Source of the DNA: Podarcis erhardii | Taxonomy: Eukaryota | Assembly (NCBI GenBank): GCA_964252035.1 | Contig: OZ176200.1 | Length of the DNA: 64,000 nt | Reading direction: 5' to 3' (one strand) | Part shown: positions 50,601 to 62,600 of the stretch, piece by piece | Layout of the letters: the number at the start of each line of letters is the position of its first letter | Numbering within the stretch: position 1 is the stretch's first letter | The notes under the pieces: generated by a model | Seen by the model: only the letters and a program-made list of their open reading frames with translations | Databases searched by the model: none | Told to the model about the DNA's origin: nothing | Position numbers and translations under genes: made by a program

Positions 50601-53600
50601 AGGCTGCCTGGGAACCCGATGTGCACTGCCTTGCATGCCATGAGGAAAGGCAGGATACAAAGAATGTTAAATAAGCACCGTCTTGGATGTTTGCTGTATT
50701 TTATTTCCAAATACTGCTTTCTGATATGAAAGTGCTGTCCCTTAGTCCTTGGTATCTTAGGCTAGTTAGGATTTCTGGGTGGTAAGAGGAAGGTGCTGTG
50801 CACATGTTCAGTGATGCTCGTTTTTCCTTTTTTGCTATGCTTGAGGTCTCACTTTCAGCACAGAGGAAAGTTCTGGGTCTAAGCACTGGTGAGGTATGTC
50901 TGAAATCAGTCTTTGGCTCTTTTTGCAGGGACTAAGTGTTCAAACAGTCACCCTCCTGGCAAGTTGCATGCTTCTCCTTTCTTTCTAACTTCTCTTTTTG
51001 GACTCGCGGTGTGTAAACAGAGAAGTGGAAGGCTGCAATCCTCTGCCTCTTACTGTGTCATCTTGAAATGGTGCAAGAAGCCACATTCTCAGCTGTGTTT
51101 TAACTTAAGCGAATATTCCATTTATACCACAGCTGACACACAGCTCTTGTAAAAAGTGCCGCCCTCATCCTAGCGTGATTCTTGCTGAATTTTGGGTAGG
51201 ACTCTAGCCTGTTTGTTTCCATATTGCTTTAACGAAGGAATGGATTGTACCAGCTTCAACTTTCAGCAGTGTATTTCCCACAAAGTACGTATTAAATGTC
51301 GTGGAGTTTAAATGGAATATTCTTTTGGGAAGTTCTGTTATACAGCATGAGTTCCTGCTTGCTTTTGTCTTTTTAATATCTTGGAACAGGATGGTGGGGA
51401 TTTGTGATGGATTGTAAATTCTACTTACCAGGTGAATACTCTCTTTGGGTGAATACCTTGGTCTTATACCAACTATGCAATTCAAGCTAGCTAATATTCA
51501 ACAACCCTGCCACCATTTCCAAGTTTCCAGAAAGCATAAATATGCCTGTGCTGCTGTTTTTTGTTACAAATTCATTTCATGCTTAGATTTCAGGAAGATT
51601 AAACAGCACTTCAGTGAACACAATGTGTTAACTTCATGCAATATGGTTGTTGTGTTGCGGTTTAGACATTAGTATGGCTTTAAAGACAAAGCAAACTTAA
51701 TGACATTGTCTTAACAGTTTCTGTGGGGTTTGCATTTTTGGATCCTTGAATTTGGGTCTTCTTTATTTTCTTAAGAAAGGAAAAGATTTGGAGGGGGTGT
51801 TCCTTGCAAATTACTTTGATCAGTAGTAAATGACAGATTTATAGCAGTCAGAATAAAACAAAGACGTTGCATCGTGTACTACCAAATTTTGTTATGCTTA
51901 TTTATAAATGTACTAAACAATATAGATTATACTCTGTCTGGCTGTCTCTGCTGCTGTCTTTTTACAGATCCTTCTGAAACCCTTGTAGCCAAAATTAGCT
52001 CTGCACATGACACATATTATCGTTTCACTTCAAATCCAATAACGCAATCTGTACTTTTACTTCTTACAACTCTGTATTTATTCAAGTTGCCTTCCAATTG
52101 CATCATACCGCTGGAATACTCTGTAATTTCCCCATAACAAAGTGGGTCATATTCCACTAATGAACTGCTCAACATAAGCATCTGCTTGAAGATGGAAATA
52201 ATGACTTCCACATGTTAGCAACTGCACTGTGGCATTTTATTCAAGCTGTGCTTCAGATACTTTTTAGTTCAGTAGACTTTCTGGACCACAAGTCTCATCT
52301 GGCTAAAATTAAAGCAGCACCACTGAAGTATAACATCGGTGTTTGCTTTTCTAAAAACTAAAAGTTAGGGAAGTTGCAAGGGTGTCGTGCATTGTCACTT
52401 TAAGTAAGAGTTGTATGTAAGTCCTATTCACACATTTCTGTGTTACATTCCACAGATGTGTTCACCAACTATTTTGCATCTCTTAGTTTTGTGCTGGTTC
52501 AACGTGTCTTTCTAACGCTCTGGATGGTGATCTCTGCTTGCTTCCTTTTATAACTGCTAGCCAGATCCAAAGTTTGTCTTTACTGTTTGTGGCATAACAC
52601 CGAAATCCATCTGTGTTGAATTCAAGATTAGAGCTCTTGCTTTCTAGCTGACCCTATTTGCATTTTAATGCAGGCTTCAGAAATACTTAAACTGGGACAA
52701 GACTCTCAACAGTTAGCTCCAGATCCTGTTTTCAGTGCCAAGACTTAGTCCTGGATAATGTGAAATAGCAGTTAGGGGAGAATAGTTTTCAGCTTGTGCA
52801 CGGTATCACTACACCACACAAGCAGTATTTATAAATTGGGGATTAAGAGGGGAGGTATTTTGGGGATGAGAGTTTAAAACAGGATTGGACAAATTCATGG
52901 ACTACATGCCTCTTTAGCTATCAGCTGCCATGGCTATATGGAATCTTCTCCTTCACTAATATAGCACTGCTCTATACATATCCACAAGCTACTTTTATGT
53001 GTTCAGGAACTGTGTGCTTCTGGAATACCAATGACTTGGAGAATTTTGTTTAAGAGTGCTGGGGAAATTGTTTCTCACTGCAAGCCAGAGACTTTCTGTC
53101 CAATAGAGCTGCTCCAGAAACCCCAGAACCCCAATGTTGGAGATGGCAACAGGGGGTAGCACTTTTTTCCCTTGGCACATAGTGAAATTATGGAAGTCGT
53201 TCCCAGAGGAGGCAATGATGGCCGCCAACTTGGATGGCTTTAGGGGAGGATTGAATGAATTCATGAAAGATAAGGATATCCATTACAACTTGCTGTGATG
53301 GCTATGATCTGCCTCCACAGTCAGAGGACATCCTGCCCCACTGAAGGGAGTTTGGTATGCTAGGAACCTGAGGCACATAAAGCATTAGAGATGACAAAGT
53401 TCTGCTTCAGTTTTATAGGGAGCGCTCCCAAGCTGTTGAGGGCAGCCTAACCACCACTTAAGGCAACAAGAGTTCTTATTTTGTGTGGGAGAAAACCCTC
53501 AGCCACCTCATCTTCAAAGTTGAGGTCACACCACCCTTTGAAAGTTCTGTGATCTCCTCCTCTCCCAAGTTTAATCCAGTATTCTAGGTTGGTGGGTTCG

Positions 53601-56600
53601 CCCCACCCTGCTCCAAAAAACAAAACAAAAAAAGGTTTTAAAAGTCTGGACCAAACACTACTCTGTATATGCCTGCAAACTACTTTCCTGTGTCTGGGAA
53701 ATAAACTCTTCTGGAACACACATTTAGCACAAGCCCAATGCACATTCCAATGCAAGCCTGACTTGGTTGTGCCAGATGACTTTCCGTCCAGTAGAGGTGG
53801 CCCAGAAACGAGCAAATTTACCAAAATACATAGGAGCACAGCAGACAAATTAGTCTTAAGAGTTATATTGGGCAGCACTGAACTGGAAAACTGCATGAGC
53901 AGAACAACTTGAGCAAGGGGACTTCCTGCCTGCCTCCTTTATGCATGCCCTGCATCACTCCAAAATCTGCTCTGGAGTATTGGGGAAAACCCCAGAACAG
54001 ATTTAGGGGGTGTGCTGGGGGAGAAGTAATTCTGCTCACACAAAGCGCTACAGCCTATTATCTGTAGCAATCATGTTGTGATATGTCATTTGAAACCATC
54101 CCACAGCACGTTGTTTCAAAAACAAAATGAAAAGATCGGTCTGATATGTAGGATCCCATACATATCCTGCCTCTGAAATTTGTCGGATATGACCATAAGC
54201 AGATCTGCAGGAACGTGAGACTGCTTAACCTTATCCATTTTGCCACTTAAAAATCTTCCCTCCAAAATCTCTTTTCACAACCACAAGTAGGAAACAATAT
54301 GAATACAAGTAGGTCTTCTCCTGTGCATGGAAAAGCGGGGACAGGGGGTGAGGCTTAAGCAGAGGGAAAGGGTTAAGCACCTCTCCTTCTGCCGCATTCT
54401 CCATATTTCAGCCTCCCATGACAACTTCGGGTTTTAAAAAAGAAAGCAGGGAATACATATACACAATTGTTTAAGAAGCAGAGCAGCAAAATTCATTGCT
54501 AAGCTTTCAAATCACACTCAGTACTAACAATTGCTGTGTAATGAATTTGTTCCACTGCCTCAGCAAAAGACCCCTGTTCTGTATTCTCAAGTAAACTCGA
54601 AAATCCCTTGCCTTGTGGTGTCTTTATTTTGTCCCAGGTCTAAAATCAATTATGAAGGGTTGCTTTACTTAATGGTAGTGAACACTTGGGTAAAATGTTT
54701 CCATAAACAAAAACATTTTTAAAATGCCTGTGTGGCTCTTAATGTAATATTTATATTCAGTTAAGTGTTGCCTGTAAATTGTTAAATTTGGAGAAGGAAG
54801 TACTTTTTCTGTCAGCCATGGAATTGAGTGAATAAAAAATATCACAGGCATACACTCCTATTTTTGCAGGAGCTGCTAAGTCGAACATTGCTGGAAACTC
54901 AGAAATTGGACCTAATGGCAGAAGTTTCGGATCTGAAGATTAAGCTGGTTGGGATGGAGAAGGAACAAAGCGAATATGAAGAGAAGCAGAACAAAGCTGA
55001 GGTGAGCCTTGCTTGGTTGCCATTTGAATTCATGACACTGAGAACAGACCTACATGCTCCATCTCCTAAGTAGATGTTTAAAATCTGGCCACGAGGGTCT
55101 AGTTTCCAGCCATGACATGGTGCATGGGAGGGTAATGCTGTGCTCTTCCTTCACCCTTTGCTAGTCTCTACCAACTATTTCCAAGTTGCTTTTCGCGCAG
55201 CACAGATCCCAAGCTCGTTTCTGCAAGCTTTACTATTCTGGTAATTTTGCTTTCTGGTCAGTCTTTGCCAAGGCTGGCGTGGTGAACTGCCATCTCTCTT
55301 TGTTAAACAATCCAGTTATTCCTGATGCAGAAAATTACCCACCCTCCACGGAGGCTGTTGTCTCTGCATGAGTCACTGCTCTGGGTAACCTTGTTCCAGT
55401 GAGGAGAAATGCACATAATAGCACCTTACAGATAAACACGAAGTGGTCTCCAGTGAGAAAGTTCATTCCACTCCAGACATCTTTGGATGCAATAGTGGAC
55501 TGGGCTCCCTAATTTTAACTCTGAAAAAAAGTGTGCCACAGGTGCTAGAAGTCTGGTGAATACTCTGGCTAAGCAGTTTTTCCAAATATGACTGGGAGCA
55601 AACAAAGTGTGTGTTCGCGCGCGCGCACACACACACACTTTACCATGTACCTCATCTACCATATTGTTGTGACCACTCAAACTCACTCTTCTTATCGCAT
55701 ATGTGCTCAGTCATTTGTTTGTTTGTTTGTTTCGACTTCATTCCATGTTTCCTTCGGTCTTAATTTTCTCTCTTCCTCTTGTGTAGTCAGTAGTGAACCT
55801 GATCAGTGAACTACAAGAACAAATGTGTAGACTGCAGCTGGACATTAATAGTAAAATCCAGGAAAGAAAATCCCACAGTAGGAAGCCAAATATGGCAGCA
55901 GTCGGTCCTCAAGATAGCATTGACTCGGTGACAGAGGTCCCTGTTTGGAAGAATTGCACTCAGTGTGATGTATGAGAAGTAAATTTTGGCCTGAGTTTGT
56001 GCATTGCCCCCTTTCAGAGACCAAACTAAACTACTAACTGGAGCTTGCTGTGATCAACTGGCATTAATTTGCATAGTTTTCACTAGACAGAGTGCTGTGT
56101 TTAAGAAACCAACAGGAAAGTTTTGCTTGTCTTGGCCCAGCATGCGTTCATCCAGACTAAGTAAACATGTGCTTTATCTCCCAGTTGTAAATCAGTTTTG
56201 TCTCCTGTTTGGAATGATTTTCTCAGGAGTTGCTCCATGTAAAATTAGGAGGGCTGCTTAAATTGTGCTGCAGCTAGGTTGGCCTAACATACAAGATACT
56301 GGTACTTATCATGGTGTTCAACAGTCTTTTGTATCTATTGTGGGATGCTTTGGTGATGGTCTGGTTGGATAAATGCAGGTAGGCACCTTGATTGTGGGTT
56401 ACATGGTTATTCTTCGTTGTTCTTTGTCTGTCACATATGACATACGTGGAAGGTTTGCTAATGCCCAGAAAAAAGGATACACTTTCAGTATAGGAGGGAG
56501 GGAGTCAAACTGAGTATGTACAGATTTATATGTGAAAAGACATATAAGGATAGACCCAGGGACCTCTCAAGGAGAGAGGGGTAGTCTAGGTCTCTTCATT

Positions 56601-59600
56601 TCAAGAAGTTAGCACTCTTGCCTCATGAAATCATCATCATCATCATCATCATACATTTATATGCAGCCATTTTGGGTGGCTATAAGGGAAAATTATTCAG
56701 AAAGTGTTCCACATAACCGCTCAGTATAGTAAACCTGATTTTCTACAGCACCCAAGGGCAATAAAGGATTGTTACGTTTAGCAATTAGTGGTGTTTTTTT
56801 TAATTGGAATAAGTTATTTAATATATTTAATAGACAACTTGCATTTAGAACTTTCCTGTTTTATATTAACACCCTATTAAAAACAAACAAGCCACCCCCT
56901 TCCCTCAGGGCCATGTATATTTTTGGCTGCAGGCTTTTAGGAAAATGAGCTTTGGAGTGTCTTAAAATCATAGGCATATGATTTTTGCTTATTGTGTGCA
57001 TTCTAAGAGGATCAAATGAAGGGGGAAAGGCATGGTGAATGCTCTGTCGTGTGTTTCTTTGTTTAAACCCCATAAATTTTGATTGCTTATCCTGCATAAC
57101 AAGCACTTCAGTGAAGGCTTTCTGGAATTTATAGAACAAACCTTTGCTGTGTTTGATCAGAAACCACTTCACATGTCAGGCTGAAAGCTACTTTGGTTAA
57201 GCTGATGAAGTTGAACAGAAGAGGAATGACAGTGGTATGCCTAACATAAGCTCGTTTAAAGACTTACTAGCAGCTTGGTTTGTTCATGTTGCCGTGTTGT
57301 CTTCTGAATTTTGTAGAATCACATTTTGGAGATACAGTAATACGTTTTTAATCAGTTCATGTTTGATTTAAAAAAAATAAAATAGAAAATTGTGGTGGCT
57401 TTCTCTTCTGTGCCATTACCTTCCTTTAAGTGTGTTCCAGATATTGGTTGCCCAACAATGACAGAAGAACACATCCTATGTTGTGAACCACCATGTAATC
57501 TTTGAATGAAGGGTGGTATACAGATTTAATAAATAATAATAGCCAGTCTGGAAGAGAGAGACCCAAAAGATTTCATCTGCAAGCACATATAAACACAAAA
57601 GAACATGATGTGATTGTGGTTCCTGAGAAAGGTGCTGTTAAGAAGATAGTTCTGAACAGTTCAAGCAGTTGGAAATCTAGTTTCTGAACTGGGTTGAACT
57701 CCTATTCAGAAAGGGAAGGATATAAAAATCACTTGTGTGGTTCATCCATTTAACTAGCAGAGTCAGCTGCTCTGGAGAATTTTGTGTGTGTACCACTCAC
57801 TGATTTGAACTTGTATGCCAGATTTAAAGCAGTTCCTCAGATGACATAAAAATTGTCAGAGACAGACCACTGAAATGAGACAATTAAAAAAAACGAGCCA
57901 GTTAAAAAAAAAAGCAGCAGCAAACATGAAGCTTTTGATTCTATTCAAAGGCACCAACTTGCACCAAAGATGAAGGGGCCCTGGCGTTGCATGCATGTAA
58001 CATCATGTTCATGACGTCACATTGTCAGGAGGAGGCTGAGTGTGCAGCATGGCTTCAGTGGCTGGCGGCACCTCCTCTCTCGTGCTCAGCCTCCTTCCAT
58101 GGTAGGAGGAGATGCTGGCCAATGAAGCTGCAACACGCTTAGCCTCCTCCGTCCCCTCAGCATTGGGGATGAGACTCCTAAAGGATATAGGGGGCCCAAA
58201 ACAGTTCAACCCCCATAAGCTGGCATCCCTGACTCTCTTGATTGGCTATGTGGTTCTTTGGCATCATGGTGGCTACATGTTCTCTAGTTGATGCTGATGA
58301 AACATGCCTTCAAAACACTGGTTTGCAAAGCCAGTTAAACCATGGCTTCAAATCACTGTAATTAGTTAGACCTTCAAGGTTGTTCTTTCCTTGACAGCTG
58401 TCTGGGGTTATTAGTAAAAGAGAGTTCATTTTAACAGACTACCAATTCAAGATTGCTCTCTATCAGCAGTCAGGCCTGGGGTAATTTTATTTTATTGAGA
58501 TGGGTGCAGTCACTTGACAATTTCACCCACGTGTCCAGTTTCACAAGTAAAAGTGTTTTCTCTCTCCAATCCCTTTGCAGAACTTATTACAGGAACTAAA
58601 ACACCTAAAAATTAAGGTTGAAGAGCTGGAAAATGAAAGGACCCAGTATGAATGGAAACTGAAAGCAACCAAAGTAAGCCACACAACCATTTCACATATT
58701 ATGCGGAGACAACCCAAGTTTGTCATGCAGTGTAAACTCAAAAGAGGCCTGCAATTCCTTTAAAATGTCATGTGGTCCTAGACAAGTTTTCTCACCTCCC
58801 CAAAGAGAATATACTTACTTCCATCGTTTTGCTATGTTTCTGCGCTGGCTGGCAATAAAAGTTGTGGATGTCAAGGAGCAAAGGGCAAGAGAAGATTTGG
58901 GTGCAGTGTTCCAAAAATAATAACAGCATAAAAATGCTTTGTCTGAAGTTTTTGTGTTTCTAACATGCATTAGAGAAAATAATCTATAGTGGTTCTTTGT
59001 AATTTAATTTTTTGGATGAGATAGAGATGAAAAGAAAGCTAATGTTAATCTGTTCTTTCAGGCTGAAATCGCACAGCTTCAGGAACAGTTAGCTCTAAAA
59101 GACTCGGAGATTGAACGATTACAGAGTCAAATCTCGAGGACATCGGGAAATAATGAAATTGCAGAAAGAGGTAATGATGGGGGAATAGCAAAGTTGCTAT
59201 CAAAATGTTTTGTCTTCAGTTCTGTTACTGTTATCCATTCTCAAATAGAGAATGGGGTATGGCTTATTTCATTTAGGGGAAATATTTTCCAGGAAGTGTA
59301 GGTGCCAAAGAGATTGTTTTGTAATCCTCTGTTTGTGGACTATTTTTTTCTCAGTTACAGATAGGTAGCCGTGTTGGTCTGCCATGGTCAAAACAAAATA
59401 AAAAAATTCCTTCCAGTAGCACCTTAAAGACCAACTGAGTTAGTTCTAGGTATGAGCTTTCGTGTGCATGCACACTTCTTCAGATACACACAGTTTTTCC
59501 TCAGTTATCCAAAATGTGATTGCTCTTTTTATGAAATTTTCTTTTAAAGCATTCCTAAATTGACACAGCAGTTTTATCCCTGTATCCTAATCTTATTATT

Positions 59601-62600
59601 ATCTTATTATCTTATTATTATCTGTTATATAGTACATTTAAGCATACAGTGCTGTTTACAATAAGTACTTTAATCCATGTAACCCATTTTACTGGAGGAG
59701 CGACAAGCTTTTAGCCTAGGTCACCCAGGTAGAAGTCCAAGAGTGGCTTTAATGTCAAACATATGGAGTCTGGTTGGTTTTTTTAATAATAAAAAACAGA
59801 GAATAAATCTTGCCTTTCTCTCTATCTTTTTACTGTTCCTCTTTCCCTTGCTATTCTATCAATGTCAGGACTTCATAGGGCAATTCTATGCAGTGCTATG
59901 AATTTCAGCTCTGCAGCAGATTGCTTTCAATAAATGGTTAATATGAGTAGCAGGGTATAATGGTCAAATATGAACAGGTATTTGCAATGTGCAGCATTTA
60001 TTAAGGCGATCTCTTAGCAAAGTGATGACTGAGCTTTGACAATCCAGTATGATAATCCTTCAGCCTACCATTTCATGTATGAATGGCTGGCTCTCTCTAG
60101 TAGAAATCAATCCATTTGTTCCTTTGAGAAAGATAAATAACTCTTTTTAGGTGAGATCCATTCACAGATGTATTGACACACATTAGATATTATGTTGTTT
60201 GTTTATATAGCCTTGAGCTTTGGTATTGGTTTCCATTGTTTGTAGTGTCTATGCATGTTTGGTATAATAGGGTTTGCATGTGTTACTATTTCTCTAACAG
60301 TAACTGGGGAATGTCAGCAAGCTTGTTTCCTGCTGAAGTCCATTGATTCCAAAAGGAGGAAGGTTCAAATATTTGAAATGCCTTGGGTTGCCATTCTAAA
60401 TACTCAGTAGTGTTTATAAGCCCCATTAAACCTGATAGTGTTGAGTGATCATACATTCAAAGATGTTTACTCTTAATGAGCCAAAAATGGAGTTTGTTGC
60501 ATTTCTTAACAAGAAAGCGTTTTCAACGTTTGAACACTGATAGAGATCAGCGGTCATCTCAAATTGTATCTTTTATTTCTTAATGCCTGTTCTGATGAAA
60601 TTGCATACAGTCTCTAATCTGTGTTCTTTCTGCATACCTTATTTGACTCTCTTCATTTCCCACCGTAGAGGAAGTGTATAGGCGAAGGCTAAAAGAAAAA
60701 CGTAAGCCCTAAGATTTCGCTTTATTACTTTTCACACACAAATTATACCTAAAGTGCACTTCTGCAGCAATAATCATTCAATGTTGGCTCTGTAGTTGAC
60801 TGCTGAATCGTAACATGCGGGATGAATATATCATTGCTTACCGCAGACAGAATGGCTTTAATACAGTCAGATTTATTATCTCACACAAAATCTCCAATGT
60901 TGCGTAAGTGAACAGAAAATGGGCATTAAAGAGGCTCTGTCAAAGTTGGTGGACTCCAGAATAGACATTTGTATATTTAAAACCAAAAAGTATACAAAAG
61001 ATGCATTGCTTGTGCAGAGCTTTTACCCTCACCCTTTTTGAAAAGGGGGATTTTCTTCCAAACCTTCAAGACCTAGCATTTTAAATATTTCCATCTTAAT
61101 TGTGGATATACCTTCTTTTTGAAGAAGTCTTCATGAAAGTGAGAAAACCTTGACATAGCTCTTTTAAAAGTCTTTTTTCCTCCTTTAAATCTGACTGGGT
61201 GCTTGTGTCTTGCTTGTTGTTAAGTGTGGCTTTAAGAAAAGCAAAAACTGTGTCTGTCCAAGCTACATCTATGTGGAAATGCCACTGCCTGCTAAAATAT
61301 CATTAAAACACATAACCCACTAATTGGATCGCTCCCATCACTAGATTTGCAGTACAGCTGTGATAATCTAAACTTTATTTTTTAAAAAAACAACTACTGA
61401 ATACTAATTCTCCCCCTCCCTGTACTAATATTTTTGCAACACTATTCTTCTTTTCCTTGTGTGTCACATTGTCATCTTTGCAAAGTATTGTTTTGAAATG
61501 TTACTATTTTAAAAATGCCTAAGATTTGGGATAGTTTTGTTTAGAACACCTAGGAATGTGTGTTGCTAGGACAACTGCTGTAGTCAAATCAGTCCCTGCA
61601 TTCTCAGTCAGCTGTATCTTCATCCCAAACCAAAGACTGTTAGCTCTAAAGTTACTTCCGTGTCTGCAGCAAACAAAAAACGATCTAATGAATGCGTACA
61701 AAACTTCAACTTCTTCCCACTTCCCTTTGAAGGGTACAACCTATTCACAAGGTATATATTCTTAATGGGGAAATGCAGACAGTGACTCCCACATGAAGAC
61801 TTGAGAGCTAATAACCAAAACTTAAATTTTGCCTGTTGATGATAGTAGGGTATAAGGCAGTTAGAAAGTGAGCCCCTAATTAAAAAGCATCTGCTACTGT
61901 TTGGTAAATGACTTTAGCACGGACTAGGATTTCTTTTGCACTACTTGGTACAGGGGTGTGGAGCCTGAGGCCCAGGGGCCAGTTGTGGTCTTCCAGGTTC
62001 CTGTAACTGGCCCTGGAGACTCTCACTAATCCTGCCCTCCAGTGCTTTTGTGTGGCTGGAATGTGATGATGCCTCCCGCTTGCCTAATTGGAGAAGTGTG
62101 TGAATGAGTGTGTGTGTAAGCCCCTGGCTTTTGAGTGACTGGAACGCAGCCTGTTGTACAAAGGTGAGAGTCTCTTTTGCTGCCTTTTGCCCTTTGCACA
62201 TTTTTGGTCCAAAAATGTTCCCCCACCGCTGGTTTCCTTCGCCATACAATGGAGATAGATGAATGCAAGTAGCAACAAAATCTGTATTCTAGCAATCAAT
62301 AGTTTCCAAGCCTCTGCATCCAATCCCTTATGCAATTTACTATTTTTGAAAGGTCCATGGTTTTATTTTAATAAATAAAATAATAAATAAAATTTATTAT
62401 TATTATTACTCCCTCCTCTGGCAATCTTTACAAAACTTTAGTTTATGGTTGCCATCAATTTTGATTTTAATTCATTTTAATCCATTTTTATACTGTTTTA
62501 TAATGCTGTACTGTTTTAGTGTTGTTAGCCGCCCTGAGCCCGGCTTCGGCTGGGGAGGGCGGGATATAAATAAAATTTATCATTATTATTATTTATTATT

